A stretch of 64,000 nucleotides of DNA from Tubiluchus corallicola (GCA_030141605.1 JAQGDQ010000288.1:132621-196620); one strand, 5' to 3'; counted from the stretch's first letter, positions 28,248 to 45,776 are shown. Numbers and translations: made by a program. The notes: generated from the sequence alone by a model not told the origin.

Positions 28248-28691
28248 AAGTGGTGGGCGATACCGCTGATTTCAGGTGATCGCGATTACTGATTACCATC
28301 CGTCAGATCGTTTACCACCAACAGGCAATGATGCTTTCCTCGCAGTACAACAGCAGCAAAGACGGGCTCAATTTTTAATTGCTGAGATAGAGAGCTTCAA
28401 AGTCGGCGTTATTGCTAGGTATCTGGCTAAACTGGTAAAGCCTAATTAAAATCACTGTCTGAAGGGTTAGCTATTGAGCTTTGTGTTTGAGAGTGTTTGG
28501 TGTTTGCATCCGTGATTTTTTCATTTTAAAATTCAAACGCATTTCCATTTTTTTGTATTTCGAAATTTATTGTAAGAGCTTACGACAGTAATCGTTTATA
28601 TTCGATTACTTAAGAAAGTAATTGATACCAGAAACTTATGGACAAGTAGTCGAAGTAATCAATTACTTGTTATCTATTATGCCCACCCCTA
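28248..28691. mobile_element. hAT-type MITE
   Basis: Ends AAGTGGTGGGCGAT / TATGCCCACCCCTA (reverse complement TAGGGGTGGGCATA); 8-bp TSD TTAGGTAG (28240-28247) vs TTAGATAG (28692-28699); subterminal GTAATCG/CGATTAC motifs. Confidence 0.65.
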
Positions 28692-29355
28692 TTAGATAGC
28701 CTGCAATAAGCCTTTTCACAGTTCCAGTAATTGATCGTAAAAAGGTCAATGGTTAAGTGAACCAGACAACGCATTTTTGTACACTTGACAAAACCTTCCA
28801 ATCCATGCTGTTGTAATAGTAACAGTTTTAACAGCTAGCTAGAACCTTGCCTAATTCATTTTTTCTTGTTCCCAAGCAAGATCCTGCTAGTTGATCTCTC
28901 TCTGCACATATTAATGCATAATTAAGTAAAGTCCACATAAAACAACTGAAGTTACTGAAAGACTGGCAGAAGGCTTTGCTTTACCTACATGTTCTCGCGT
29001 ATAACTTTTCCATGTCACGCTAGGTGAATATTAAGTAGCAAAATACTCTATACATTGATTAAATTTTGGAATAGCTAAATTTCTCTTGAGAATAATCCTT
29101 TTAATTTAGCCCATTTGCTGTTCAGCCTATGTGATGTGTCAAACTTGACAAAACCCGACTAACTCGAAAAAACTCGACAAAATATAAATAATGGAGACTT
29201 TTGGTGTTAGTCCTAAAAACTGCATATTTTGCTTTTTTCATCAGCTACCTATTTGAAATTAAATCATTTCTGCATTTAGGTTTTAATACAGTTAATCAGT
29301 AATGCAGTAATACACTAATTAAGAGATTAACTTCAAACTGTCTCGACTACTGGAA

Positions 29356-29431
29356 GATGCAGTGGTTGAGTGGTTTTAGGCATCTGCAATGTAACCAGAA
29401 GATCCCTCGTTCTAATCCCTTCTGCATTCCA
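29356..29431 (+). mobile_element. tRNA-derived SINE head or tRNA pseudogene
   Basis: GATGCAG...CTGCATT acceptor-like pairing, A-box-like TGGTTGAGTGG, degenerate B box GTTCTAATCC, genomic CCA; imperfect anticodon and T stems. Confidence 0.55.
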
Positions 29432-29481
29432 TCAGCCTTCACTTAATTGTGAGTTTGTATCATCGTTATTAATAATCTTGA

Positions 29482-29610
29482 TTATAAGGTTAAAAGAATT
29501 AATTAATCGTGAACCTCCAAAATTAATTAAAATAAAAAGTTAATCTTATAAGGTTAAAATAATTAATTAATCGTGAACCCCCTAAATTAATTAAAATAAA
29601 AAGTTAATCT
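29482..29610. repeat. Tandem duplication, 2 x 64 bp, AT-rich
   Basis: ttataaggttaaaa.aattaattaatcgtgaacc.cc.aaattaattaaaataaaaagttaatc starts at 29482 and again at 29546. Confidence 0.9.
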
Positions 29611-30076
29611 AAGTAGGTAGAACCTGTCTGTAACACTTCTGTAACTTGAGAGATTTGAAAAGATTGTGTTTTCAATGTATGCACTAGTGGCTGGCTGACT
29701 GCTAATCTACATTTAAGCACTTTAGCTACATGCACTACAATCATATGATTGCAACAAATTCTGTCAGGTATTACTTTATTATATAAAATAAGTAATCTGC
29801 ACCAAACTAAGGTACTACCATAGCAAACAGAGTTTCGAAGCAGCAATAAACTGTGTCGGAATTGCACTATACGTGTTTCTTATGCTTTAGCAAGCAGCTA
29901 CATGTATGGTGAATAACAGGGGAGTTAAGTGCAATAATGTTCCTCTTAATTTGGTGGAATTATTTTTATCATTAAGTAAGATACACCTGAACATACTACT
30001 ATTTCTCCTTACTTTCGCTACTTAGAAATATCGCAGGTACATACGTTTTAATTCTTTCTTTCTCATTCTTTTCTAA

Positions 30077-33843
<3,767 letters not shown>

Positions 33844-35670
33844 ACACCGAGACATGTTTACCACGGGTAACTATTTTGTGGAATATTTGGACTTCGGTTG
33901 CAGGATCATTTTCTTCAAAACACTTTTTTGTGCTAAAAATGGAAAAGTAATTTCTGAAATTCATCAGCGTTTGTCTTTAGTAATTAGGTATCGCATGATG
34001 AAAACGTGAACATTATCAGTCAATATTTACTTTCAGTATTTGCGCTTCTGCATTATCTTTTCTCGTCCATATTCAAACAAGCTCTACTCTATTGCAAAAG
34101 AAATTATAGGTATACTGGCGCTTAATTTAACAAAAAATGTATGTAATTCGTTAGTTTAAACTTGATAGTTTTTGAAACAGTAATTCTGAATAAAACGGTC
34201 TGGTAATACTATTTTTGGCAATATCGTTTGCAATTCCATTTATTCTTTGAAACAGCAATTCTTAATGAAATTTTCTCATAATACTATTTTTGCCAATATT
34301 GTTTGCAAAGCCATTTTTAATCTCCCTTCTTGAGCACCGTCAATTATTCTGTTTATAACTCTAAATAGAGTCTAAATATAGAATGTAACTCATTAGTTTT
34401 TAAATGTGCACAAAAGTAATTCCTGTTTTTCATAGAAATTCGTGCTCCTTGACGTATCTAAATGCTAAGTTATTTGACTGGTTGTTTGACATTAATGACA
34501 AATAACTTTAAATAAATAATGCATTTGCAGTATTTTTGAATTTTGAACGTTAGTGCCTTATTATCGTCAAAGAGAAGCTAGTAAAGTATTTAAAAGTCTT
34601 TACAATAGTAAATATTTAATAATTTTTTTGTTGGTATCTAGTGTGTACTATTAAAATTGGGCGGTGGGCATGTGTTATTTCTTTTTAGTTTTTTCAAATG
34701 CTCAATGTATTGCACATCGTGTACTTTACAATCGGATGTATGATGAAACATTGATTACGCTAATTACTTGTTTAAGTGCACGACAAGATTGCAATAATAT
34801 GATTACTTGATTTACCATTGTTACTTTTATTATTTCAAAAACTTTGTAAGATATCCTGATATTATATTTGCAAGTACACATACAGGATTTGGGCATTAGG
34901 GACGCTCACTCTGAATCAGTACGGTATAAGTTAAAAGCGATTAATAAGTTGCATTGTAAACTGTAAAATGATTGCATTCATAGTGGTAGAATATGGTATT
35001 TGGCAAAATTTGTTATTCCAAATTAAGGAGCTCCACTATGTTGATAATTAAAATCTATGCAATTTGGTTGCGTTTTAAGTGTACATGTGCGGCATTGTTT
35101 ACTACAAATATTTGAATAATCTTATCCGTTAGAATTAGTACAAATTAACTGAATACACAATGTACATACCGGTTGCAAAATTGCTTTTTGATGCTTTGTG
35201 ATTGTATATAATAGAAACGACGGTCTTAGTGTCCCGCCGTATGTATGGTTAAATTTTAAAGAATTTTTGGCAATAGTTTTTAAGTCATAGTAGATCTAGC
35301 AGCTAGCTTTATCAAAATTACAAACCATTAATTTGTGCCTGTTTTAAGTTGCTGTAGTCGTGCTTAACTTATTAAAATTTAAGTCACCAAAAAACAAAGA
35401 TCAAACAGTTAATATGTTCTACAAACTAGTATTTAACACTTAGTATTCAGCTAAGTGTGTTTGTTTTTGTTACTTGCTAAGTCAGTGGGTTACCTCTTCA
35501 TACTAATTGGTGGTACGTGTTTTTCACAGTGGTTGAAAGGATGTCAGCTTTATAAACTTAGTTTTAAATTTCAGATTTGCATCATCAGTACATTGCTATG
35601 ATTTTAATTTTAATAGCACTTGTTATAGTAATACTTCAGTCATGGGCATAACGTGCTTTGCAGTTTTTTG

Positions 35671-35775
35671 ATCTGACCTGTTAGTAGATCTTGGTGAAAT
35701 GTTTAATAGATCTGGATTCTTTTTATCTGACCTGTTAATTGATCTTGGTGAAATGTTTAATAGATTTGGATTTTA
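35671..35775. repeat. Tandem duplication, 2 x ~54 bp
   Basis: atctgacctgtta.t.gatcttggtgaaatgtttaatagat.tggatt starts at 35671 and 35725. Confidence 0.88.
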
Positions 35776-35900
35776 TCATTGTTTGAGTTTGGTTCAAATT
35801 TTATGACTAAATTTTAAACATTGACTCTTTGTTACAGTGTTATTTTTTCAAAATGCATATTGTTTATAGTTATCGTTTCATTAGGCTCAACAAACAGTCT

Positions 35901-36150
35901 TGGTATTAGTGGTAGTGCTAGTAGTGGTATTAGTAGTAATAAGAATAGTGGTAGTAGCTGTACCAGTAATAGCTTGAGTGGCAGTAGTAGTGGTAGCTAG
36001 TAGTAGCGGTAATAGCAGTAGTAGTAGTAGTAGTGGTGGTAGTAGTAGTAGTAGTAGTAGTTGTAGTAGTAGTAATATTAGTAGTAGTAGTAGTAGTAGC
36101 AGTAGCAGTAGCAGTAGTAGTTGTAGTCGTAGTAGTAGTAGTCGTTGATG
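35901..36150. repeat. (GTA)n-rich trinucleotide microsatellite
   Basis: agtagtagtagt... with GCA/GTG variants. Confidence 0.93.
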
Positions 36151-36756
36151 ATAGGAAATGTTGGTCATGCTAATAAGCATGGTGACAATAATTCTTTTTT
36201 TGGCTATAAGTCTATATAGAACTCACACGAAGATAAAAACTATAAACATAAAGTAACATTTTATTTCCCAAATTCTTATCAACATTGGTCAATTGTTCTG
36301 TATCAGAGGTCCTCAAGAGAGCTTCTCTGCACAATTAATTATTCTGATCATTAATTTTATTAACCACAGAAGTGAACAAATATGAAATTACAGCAGATTT
36401 GTAAATCGTGGTGCCCGTGATTTATTTACACCAAGGTCGCCATCTTGTATTTTGTGATATGTATGCGTATCTATGTGTATGTATGTATAGACACTACAAT
36501 GTAAAATATGCCATATCTCTATGGCAAAAACTCAAAAAATTTCCATACACTTTCAGGATCAGTGTCCATGGATTTAATGTCTTGATGACAATCCCAGAGA
36601 TGTCGATTGGGAATCTCCAACATAGTACAAGTGCATTTAATTTTAATTCAGCAGTATTCAGCAACAAAATGCATGTGTAGAAACAAAATTTACAAGGATT
36701 TGCTGGAGACAGTTAAGTGCTTGAGAATAGTATTAAATCAGAAAGTCTGAAAAATT

Positions 36757-37060
36757 TTGCACCTTCGCTGACACTCAAACTCAAGACCTTATGCTTTCTA
36801 TGCAGTTGTGCTAACCATAATACCATGACTTTTTAGAGACGCGTAACTTTTTAGATGCAGAAATTTTACTTTGAAAACCCAGTAGATGTCTATGTCACCG
36901 TTGAAGTCGTAGTCTACACTGTATCAAGATATAGTGCAAAATCAATTACATAAACACGCGAAAGCAATACTAAATTAGAACATCTAAAAATCACTTCACT
37001 AGGATTCGAACTCAAAACCTTCTGCTTTCCAGGCAGCTATGTATCGTCTAGATCACAGAA
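36757..37060 (-). mobile_element. Two tandem degenerate tRNA-like heads (SINE-related)
   Basis: Minus strand ~37058-36991 reads ...AAAGCAGAAGGTTTTGAGTTCGAATCCTAGTGAAGTG; ~36827-36757 reads CATGGTATTATGGTTAGCACAACTGCATAGAAAGCATAAGGTCTTGAGTTTGAGTGTCAGCGAAGGTGCA. Confidence 0.5.
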
Positions 37061-39020
37061 ACACTCGCCTTTTCAGAGTCAGTCCCTTAACCTTAACCTT
37101 AACCGATGTCATGAATGAGCCCTTCTGAACGAATCACGTGGTATCTAGCGCTTTTAATTTATACTTTAAGAATCAAATTCAGTTTGCTCTGACCAGTTCT
37201 AACAAACAATGCGTTTCAGCTATCAATATTTAAAACTGGAAATTTTCTTGCTTCGCCTCTTCTCGTCGTACCTTGTCTTGCCATATTGTACCTTGTCCTT
37301 ATCACACCTCAATTTATTCTTATCAATTCAAAATCCTAATAGTATAATCCGCACTTTATTGCCAGATACATATACTAATACGATCTGTTAAATAGGTATA
37401 TGTAAGTACAAGTTTTTAGAGCCTCATAATCACATACATTTGAACAACAATGACAATGTGCAATCAAATCAGAATCTTGAAAAAAACAAGTATGTAAGTG
37501 GAGTACCTGAGAAGTAAATTATACTTGCGTAAAGCATCTCGTGTATGTAGAGAAGGGAAGAAAGAGTATGAAAAAAATATTGGAACGTTGAACAGTTTTA
37601 TCTCATATGGTATATTTAATTTTCATACATAAGTTTAAACTCATTTTTTTAAGTTCATGTATATTGGCTTGTCACTGTGTGTTCTACCTTGCAAATTCTT
37701 TTGAACTTTTAATCCTGTAATTTTATAATTGTAATTCAACATATTATATTATATTACACATATTTACCTCACCATCATCGGCTTCATGCCTTCGTTACCT
37801 ACCTCACTGAATCATTTTAGCAACTTATCCTACCTATTAATTATATTATAGTTATAGACGTCAATTATGCAATAATTCTTATTACCAAAGTCAATTTAGG
37901 TTGCATGTTAACTAAAATCTAATACTATCAACAGTTTTCAGTTTTCGCACTTGCTTGAATCCCTTAAACGTGTTATTCGCAAGGTAAAACAAAAGCGCTC
38001 CGTCATCTGTCCTGGAAGTCAGCAAAAAACTATCCTTTCAAGACTGCGCCTGCGCAGAACTTACAGGGAGCAATCATTCCTTGGGCAATAATAAATGTAA
38101 TCATGCTGCCAAAGAGCTTTTAAAACAGATTTAGATTTAGAAAATCGTGGAGACAATACTGGCAGGTGCAAATGTGATTGGTAACGAAAACGGATACATA
38201 GGACTCTCAAGCATTACATAAATGCCCCTCTGCCATAAAAATTTTAATGGGCAAAGCGAAGACTTCACGGGCATTGTGTATTCAACAAAAGTCGGTTAAT
38301 TATTCGGTTTTGTGATGAATAAAAATGCAGTAATAAATAAATGCGCTTGTGTCACGCACAGTCTTGCTAACGACATTAACGATAACAAAGACAAGTATGC
38401 AAAATGAAGTAACGCATTAACGCGGTTAATTAGTTTTCATGTTAATGGAGTTTGTGTCTTAAACTTGGTTCTGTTTTATGAATGGTGTAGCATGCGGATG
38501 CTTAAAAAGCAAAAACGACGAAGTGGTGGTCATTGAAACAGCGAGAAATTTAAGGTTGAAGCTGAAGGTTACGATGATTTCAAATTGTTTACACAAAGTA
38601 CCAAGTTTCTACGTTAAAGGAAAACATTACGTGAGAAAACAGCTCTACATGCCCCAAGTTCATTGATTCTAAAATTAATGGTCTAATCATGAGCTAAATG
38701 CATTGTTTCGGTCACTTTATCGAAATTGATAAAACCTAACTGTTGCTTTCAAATATGTAGTTTCTACTTATGGTTTGACGTTAGCAGCTGAGGTAGAACT
38801 ACCGAACTCTACCGTATAAGTGTTGTTGAATTCGTTGGGTAAAACAATCCTCACTAGCACTGCTCGTTTGATAGTACATAATGGTAAATGGTCTCAATTC
38901 GCAATCTTTAGCAAAATGTGATTATTCTGTTTTGCTGGTTGTTACCATTTTGCTCTACTATAAACCACAAGTTTAATACACAGCCATCTAATAAATTATT
39001 TAGGTCTTCTAGCCACTACA

Positions 39021-40223
39021 ATGGAGTCCACAAGCCTTGATTCTCAAATTGACATCCAATTTCACAATCTTAGGCGAAATTTTACCGAAAAAAGTCTGAC
39101 TGTCAACGCAGCACACAATGTCTCCGACGAAGAAAAAACCGTTAATCATGTTAGTGCTATTGACATCTCAGTGCTTCAAGATCCAACACTCTACGCTCTC
39201 GCAAGCTTCGTTGTAGCCATGATCATCATGGTTACCAACGCCCTCGTCATAGCGGCGGTAGCTAAATATCCCAAAATGAACACAACGACGAACGTGTTCT
39301 TATCCAGCCTGGCAGCCGTCGATATGACGTTTGGTATCATGACTTTCATCATAACCCTCCTCAAACTCGTAAATGGGCACTATGGTGCTGCGGAATGCAT
39401 TTTTGGCATGTTCATCTTGAGTCTTCTCTCTGTAACAGCTGAATTGATGCTCGTTTTGGTCACTGTTGATCGTTACTTGGCCATTACGAGACCTCTGACG
39501 TATAAGAGAGATCTAACTATGTACCGGACAAAGTTACTTTGTGCAGCATCATGGACTTATGGTTTAGGATATGGTACTTTCGCGTCCATGGTTCTTGGAG
39601 AACGACTGAAGACTACAATAGACGCGGCGTCTCTTACTTGTAATCTTTTTATGCTGAGGCCCGTTTGGTTGGAGATTCTGATCACATGTCATTTTTATTT
39701 TAGTGCTTGTTGGGTTGTATATGCTTACTCAATGATTCTCTTCTTATACCGTGCCAGGCAGAAGAAAGTGGCTGCTTTGGCGATGCGGCTTCATGGACGT
39801 AGAAGTAACATGGCTTCTCAGATGAAAACAACGTGGATTGCGCTGATGGTTGTAACCACAAACATTGTTTGTCTGTCGCCATATTTGCTTTACTCAGCCC
39901 GGATGTTACATTATAGACTGGGACCTAATTTCCGAGGAGAAATACCGTCTTTCGAGAGATTGTGGGGTCGCGCCCTACACTTTAGTTTGGTGATGAACGC
40001 ATGTCTTAATCCACTGATTTACATCTGGAAGAACAGGGACTTCAGGGCTTCCGCGAAAGGTTTGTTAGGTTTAGAGAAATGTGTAAAATCTGACGAGGGA
40101 GTGAATCTAAATTTAGCGAACACGTCTACTCATTTGGGTACAGCTACAGTTAACGTCATTGACAACGCACAGAGATGTCAAAAAGGGAGAGGTGGTACGA
40201 ACCTGATACCAATAGTTATGTAA
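39021..40223 (+). CDS. Class A (rhodopsin-like) orphan GPCR, intronless CDS, 400 aa
   Basis: TM1 TNALVI, TM2 SLAAVD, TM3 C...VDRYLAI, TM6 CLSP, TM7 NACLNPLIY, helix 8 DFR; N-terminal sequons NFT and NVS; splice acceptor ttatttag ending at 39003 suggests a 5'UTR intron. Confidence 0.95.
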   Translation: MESTSLDSQIDIQFHNLRRNFTEKSLTVNAAHNVSDEEKTVNHVSAIDISVLQDPTLYALASFVVAMIIMVTNALVIAAVAKYPKMNTTTNVFLSSLAAVDMTFGIMTFIITLLKLVNGHYGAAECIFGMFILSLLSVTAELMLVLVTVDRYLAITRPLTYKRDLTMYRTKLLCAASWTYGLGYGTFASMVLGERLKTTIDAASLTCNLFMLRPVWLEILITCHFYFSACWVVYAYSMILFLYRARQKKVAALAMRLHGRRSNMASQMKTTWIALMVVTTNIVCLSPYLLYSARMLHYRLGPNFRGEIPSFERLWGRALHFSLVMNACLNPLIYIWKNRDFRASAKGLLGLEKCVKSDEGVNLNLANTSTHLGTATVNVIDNAQRCQKGRGGTNLIPIVM

Positions 40224-43019
40224 ATGTACATCAGTTTAGTGCTTCGTAAGTCAATTATTAGTTTTCTAACTGTTAGAAGAAGCCTAAACATAGAAAAGAT
40301 TAGATTTTAATTTCATTTAATTTAATTTTATGTTATTTCCTAATAGAGAAACCCTCGCTTTTGACCCTCCCATTGCATAATCCGCACAAATTAAAGGCCA
40401 CCTCGAGAAGAAACAGAAAAGGAGAAAGAGAAGGATTGACAAAAAACAGTGACACACCTGAAATACGAATTACCCTAATTCCTGCATGCGTCGATGTTGC
40501 ACACTATGGTATTGGAAGCATTAACTGGTGACGCAGCAGTGATCATATAACTGCAATTATACATATAACTACAACAATATATAAACGCTGTTTTCTTTTT
40601 TCAATTTACATTTTGCGGTCTCCCCTCTACACCCTTTTAACTACCCATGTTTTTTAATCTCATTCTCACAAAATTAACAAGTGACTCACGTCCCGTGATC
40701 AGGTGAGCCAGCCTACAACAAGAGCTCGTTGAGTTAGTGATGGCTCACGATTTTTAAACAAATGTATGTATCGATTCTTTTAGTGCATCTAAAATCTTGC
40801 ATTGATTTGAGAGGAAACTTGCAGTGATGCTATGATGTGGATCCTGAAAATGTCCTGTAATGGCTTGCGTGACGATATTTCGTGAAATGTGCCATTAGGT
40901 TATTCAGTCGGTATGTGAAATTCCACAACTGCAGTAACAGCTACTTCGTCAAAAAAGAGCAGCAGAGGTGACCCGTCTATTGATCACTTTGTTTCTTCAT
41001 ATTTGCAAGCAGAGACACCATGTAAGCTGTGTATTGGGTAGGGAATGTAACTCGTTAAAAAAACAAGTGACAAATTAACTACTGCCTACAGTAAGCTTAT
41101 TAGTAGTCGTCATCCTGTGTAATGATGATAAGAGCTTATTCATTTATCGTAATGCAACTTAATCACAATAGATGGCTCTGCAATTCATAATTGATTTAAG
41201 CCGTTCGACGGACGTTGAAAGATATACGACAGTCTGTATCAAAGAGAGCGCGACAGTAATATATGTATATTTACTTTCTTTATTCGATTATTGTCACATA
41301 TATGCACTCACAAATAAATAGAAATAATATAATAATATTACAATGTCTTTAATGTTTTTCTGAATTCAACAGATAACAGATTTATGTTAAGAACGCTTAA
41401 ATCAAATATTGATGCACCATAACAATGCCCGTACAAGCAAACATTTCGCTGACATTTAGTTTTAGTACTTGTGAATAGTGTTTTAATGTTAAAAATTAAA
41501 TCTGTAATCAATTGTTTAGGAGATAATCTAATTTTTATGTTCAATTTTTTGTGCCACTACTAGGGTTGCCACCACTCCTGCTTCGGCCCGGAGTCCCTGA
41601 AATTTAGTCACACATCCGTAATTCGGTCGGATTTTTGAAAAATCTCGAAATCTTCTTATTTCGATCATTACATTAAAATTTAAGAGGAAATGGACGGAAA
41701 TGCGTCTTGCATGCTATTGAACCGTTGCATAAGGCTAAGCTAATGACTGCGGAATTTTTGTTAAATGAAATAGTAAAATTATTAAATCAAGCTTAAATGA
41801 TTATATGTCTTCTGCATGATGCAAGTATTCTTCCCGTTTAAGTTTACTTCACTTAACATAAACGGTCAACCATTTATCTACGTGAAAAGCAAAAGCCAAT
41901 GCTGGAATACTGATCCGTGATTGGATAAAACACTTGGCCGGCCGGCGCACGCCGTACAAAATAGAACTCATTTCTATTTTAGGGCAGATGTTGTCTTCAT
42001 GGCCACTTCGATAAATTCCGTGTATCACCTTTGATTTGAAATTAATGTATTCTAATTTGGGCGATCATTTTACCACCGCCGACGACGACCGGTTTGTGTA
42101 TTTTGGCGGCCGTGTATCATTGAGTTTGAACCCACGTTCATTGTTGTTTTTGTTTTGGATAATAATCAATGGAGATTTCAACACAGTCGTTTGCATCTGG
42201 TTTTATTTGATGTTTACTAAACCGTCCTGTCATCGTCATCACATCCTGTATTATAAGCTGATTGCTGCTTATCATTATTAAATTTGTACATTACCATCGA
42301 TGAAACTACTTTTTGCGTACTACTTATGTTGATGGTCTAGGTGACGTACATTTTGTGGCGTTTTTGCCATGTATGGGTTTCCGAACCAAAATCGGTACTT
42401 AAATTATAAATGCAATTATAGCGTTTTAAAATTGTGAAGTGTGTTGAGTAAAAAATAAAATTTAACTTAAAGAGTTAAGCGATCTACGTTATCCAAATCA
42501 CTGAGGACCAAAACGCTCTGCACTTCCGTTAAAACTAAAACTAGCCACATATGGAAACTCGGAAATAAAAAAAAATCACTTCTTAACTTCAGATGATGAC
42601 ATTCTGATAGGACGTTCGAAAAAAAGAGTTGCCTACGGATAGAAACATTCTTCTGCAATTTTACAGCAAACTAACAAAACTCCTTCAAAAGTTTGTTACC
42701 TTTGCTTTCAGTTCATTAATTACACAGGAGCAAAGCATCTGAAAGTTTGAAATCAGCGTCTCTGTAGCAAAAACTACAATTTTCAAAGACCTACGTCTTT
42801 TGTAATTACTTTCATCACAGCCTTCGGGCGCTAAGATAAAGTAATCACTAACTAATCACACTTGCCAATCTAAACGTACAAAGGGCTTGCTTTAGGCTGA
42901 AAAATTTACGCGAGATCAGAATCTTTGGCTTCTCTAATCAAAAGAGACAGTAATACTAGTTTGCTCCAATCATTAAAATTTATTTAGTTTGACATAATCA
43001 TTTTTTTCAAATCATACTA

Positions 43020-43640
43020 ATTCAGTTTAATCTAATCGACCTAATTCATGCTAATTTAGGTTAATTTATCTTATCTAATCTAATGAAAATAAATCTAGTC
43101 TAATCTAATGTAACCTGATCTAATCTAATCTATCTAGTCTAACCTAATACTCTCCATTCCAGTTCACTCAGTCCAGTTTTTTCCTGTCCAGTCCAGTATA
43201 GTTCAATTTAGTCCAAATCAGTCCTGTCCTGGCTTGCCCAGCTCTGTCTATGCAATCCATTCTTGTCCAACCCTGTCCAGTCCAGGCAAATGAGGGCATT
43301 TTAGTCCAGTCCACTCTGGTCGAATCCATTCGTGCTCTGTCGAATCCCATTTGCCCGTGTTAGTCTAATCCAGCCAGTCCAGTCCATTTTAGTCTAGTCC
43401 AGCCAGTCCAGTCCCTAACTTTGTCCAATACTGTCCTGGTCAGTCACGCCAATGTGTATTCCGTTCTAGACTAGTCCAGTCAGTTCATTTCTCACCAGTT
43501 TAATCCTGGCAATGGAATTTAATCCGATCTAATCAAGCCGTCAATTTGAATCCAATTTAAGCTAATGTAGTCTGACTAATTCTAGAATAACTTAGCCTAA
43601 CCCAGCCTAAATAACCTATTCTGATTGAGTTCTACCCAAT
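43020..43640. repeat. Degenerate pentanucleotide repeat region (TCTAA and GTCCA units)
   Basis: tctaatctaatctaatc..., agtccagtccagtcca... visible. Confidence 0.8.
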
Positions 43641-44060
43641 CCAAGTTTCTGTGAGAATACAATTTGACACGTCTGCGATGTCATTTTGATATATAGCCTT
43701 TATTATTACTAACCTGTTTTCATTAGCAGCATCACAGATTTAGATCTATGACGCATTTAGTACTAATCCGTGTCTTACTTTCGAGTCATATTTCTTAACT
43801 TTGCCGCTGCATAGTTAGGTTACTCAAAGGTAACAACTTTTGTAACTTTTATTTCACTGTTGTTTCTATTAGATCTAGTTGGTATTTTGTTGCACTGCAT
43901 TGCATGTTCGCATTAATTGACATTTGATCTGTAACAGTTTTGCTGAAAGGTGCAGCTCAGACTTAGGCAACATGAGCAACATTCGCAACATAAATAAGGT
44001 CAATTATTGAGTGAACATTTAACTAGTAAAGTATCAGTGAGTAATTATATTTACTGTAAA

Positions 44061-44328
44061 CATGGCCGGATTATCTTATAGGCCAGTGTAGGGTGCAGCA
44101 TAGGGCCCATCAAGCTAGGAGGCCCTCAACCTCTTGTAATATTTGGTAAAAAATTGTTTTCTCACCGCGGTTGTGCTGTATGTGCTAATTTGGTTTGCAA
44201 TAAACGGTAGAATAGTTGTATTTGCAATAAGTTTACTTCTGCCGGTGAGTTAGGGGATGGTTCAGTCTGAAGCCTCCCAGTAATTTAATTAGCCTAGAAT
44301 GGCCCCAAAATGTCGTAATCCTGCCCTC
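44061..44328. mobile_element. hAT-type MITE with perfect 8-bp TSD
   Basis: Ends CATGGCCGGATTA / TAATCCTGCCCTC; TSD ACTGTAAA at 44053-44060 and 44329-44336; TIR core GGATTA shared with the 16559-17015 element. Confidence 0.8.
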
Positions 44329-45776
44329 ACTGTAAATATATTATAGTCGACTACAGTATAATAATGCTCAACGGATTCCAATGTTGAGAGCTTGACCGTT
44401 AAAACTGTTAAGAACCTACTGCCATAGATAAAAAAGACACAAGAACATCTTCTGTTCCCATGTACAACAAACCAACCTCCATTTTAATGGTTTACAGGCT
44501 AAAGTGACTTATTAGACGGTTAACAACGATAACGATCACAACAATATTTTAATCAATGAAAACCCAATTACGGGTCAAGTAAAAAGCAATGATGCATTTG
44601 CTAGACCGGAGGCACAGGCAGACTTGCATGGAGGGTAACCTCTTAAAAGCTAAAGAAAAGTAAAACAATGTCAATACGCCTCTTCCGTCAATTCACCGCA
44701 AGACCTTAACATTCGATCTGTCGGCCTTGAAAATAGTTCGTACATATTGAACTGCTGGTGGCACCTCGTCACCCGAGGGTGGTTCGGGCCTGTAGGTGCG
44801 GAGGCAGAGCAGCCTAATAATGATTTCCACATAACCACAATTAAACAAAACTGAATTAAATAACGCTGAAGATTTGACTGGAAAGGGATTTAAATATTAC
44901 AAGGCCTAAACTAACCATGACAAGATTTTAAACAAATTAAACAAAGCAGAACAAAGAAATAAAGTGGGTAGACTGATACCTAACTTGCCATATACCGGGT
45001 ATTAGAAGGACTCTAAGTCTGATGGAAGAAGCACAAGCACAAGAACCACTAACTCTGCACAACCCGATTACCACTGTAGCTCCAAAGTACAGCAGGTTTT
45101 CACCCTCCTTTTATAACCTTCCCCAAACAAGTGTACATGTCAGAGATAGAGCCAAAATGAAACCTAATTGGTTGAAAGCAAAAGGTGTGAGGATAATAAG
45201 AACCGAAATATTTGTAAAAGAATAATTTGAACTGCTGGTACTTTTAGGGGTGACATGCGACACTAGTTTGGTAACCATGCTATACTTTCGAATAAAGGTA
45301 GCGGTTGCAGAGTGGGCCGCCCAAGCGCCTGCGCTACAATATGTTGATGGTAACGCTCCATACCAAATTTTGCTATATCTTAATAATTTGTTTTGGTATA
45401 GAATTCGCCGGACAACATTCTAAGAACAACCCAACCAAACTGTAAGGCATTGATTGATGGTTGCCATTGAGATGCGGTATCTGATGGACACACGTAAAAA
45501 TTGCGCGACCTTAATTTTTGACTTATTAAGCTCCGGACTAAACAGTTCAAACACGTGTCAACGAAAACCATCTTTAAATTTGGTTATAATTGTTTACTAG
45601 TTTTCGAGGGGTGTGGACACAAAAAGGGATGTTCACGCGCGATTGCTAGACAATCTGCCTGCGTACGACCTGACTACAACGACTTGGGTAAAAACGAATG
45701 ATTCCATCTAACACAGTAATACTGCATGCATTTAATTTCATCTGCAGTGATCATTTTTGAGCAGCTTAATCAGGAT

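Noticed and set aside
29356-29431. Functional tRNA gene
   Set aside because: B box is mutated (GTTCTAATC), stems are imperfect, the anticodon loop is non-canonical and no T-run terminator follows; better explained as a SINE head or pseudogene.
35887-36180. Poly-Leu/Thr membrane-peptide ORF
   Set aside because: Reverse-strand translation of the (GTA)n microsatellite.
37085-37104. Interstitial telomere
   Set aside because: Only three CCTTAA units, which are not the canonical TTAGGG or TTAGG repeat, embedded in a repeat remnant.
41338-41544. 68-aa minus-strand ORF, possibly a CR1/L2 ORF2 C-terminal remnant
   Set aside because: Too degenerate to support by eye; similar weak remnants near 30600-31140 were also left uncalled.
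41561-41700. TAGGGTTGCCA hAT-like terminus
   Set aside because: No matching opposite TIR or TSD found.
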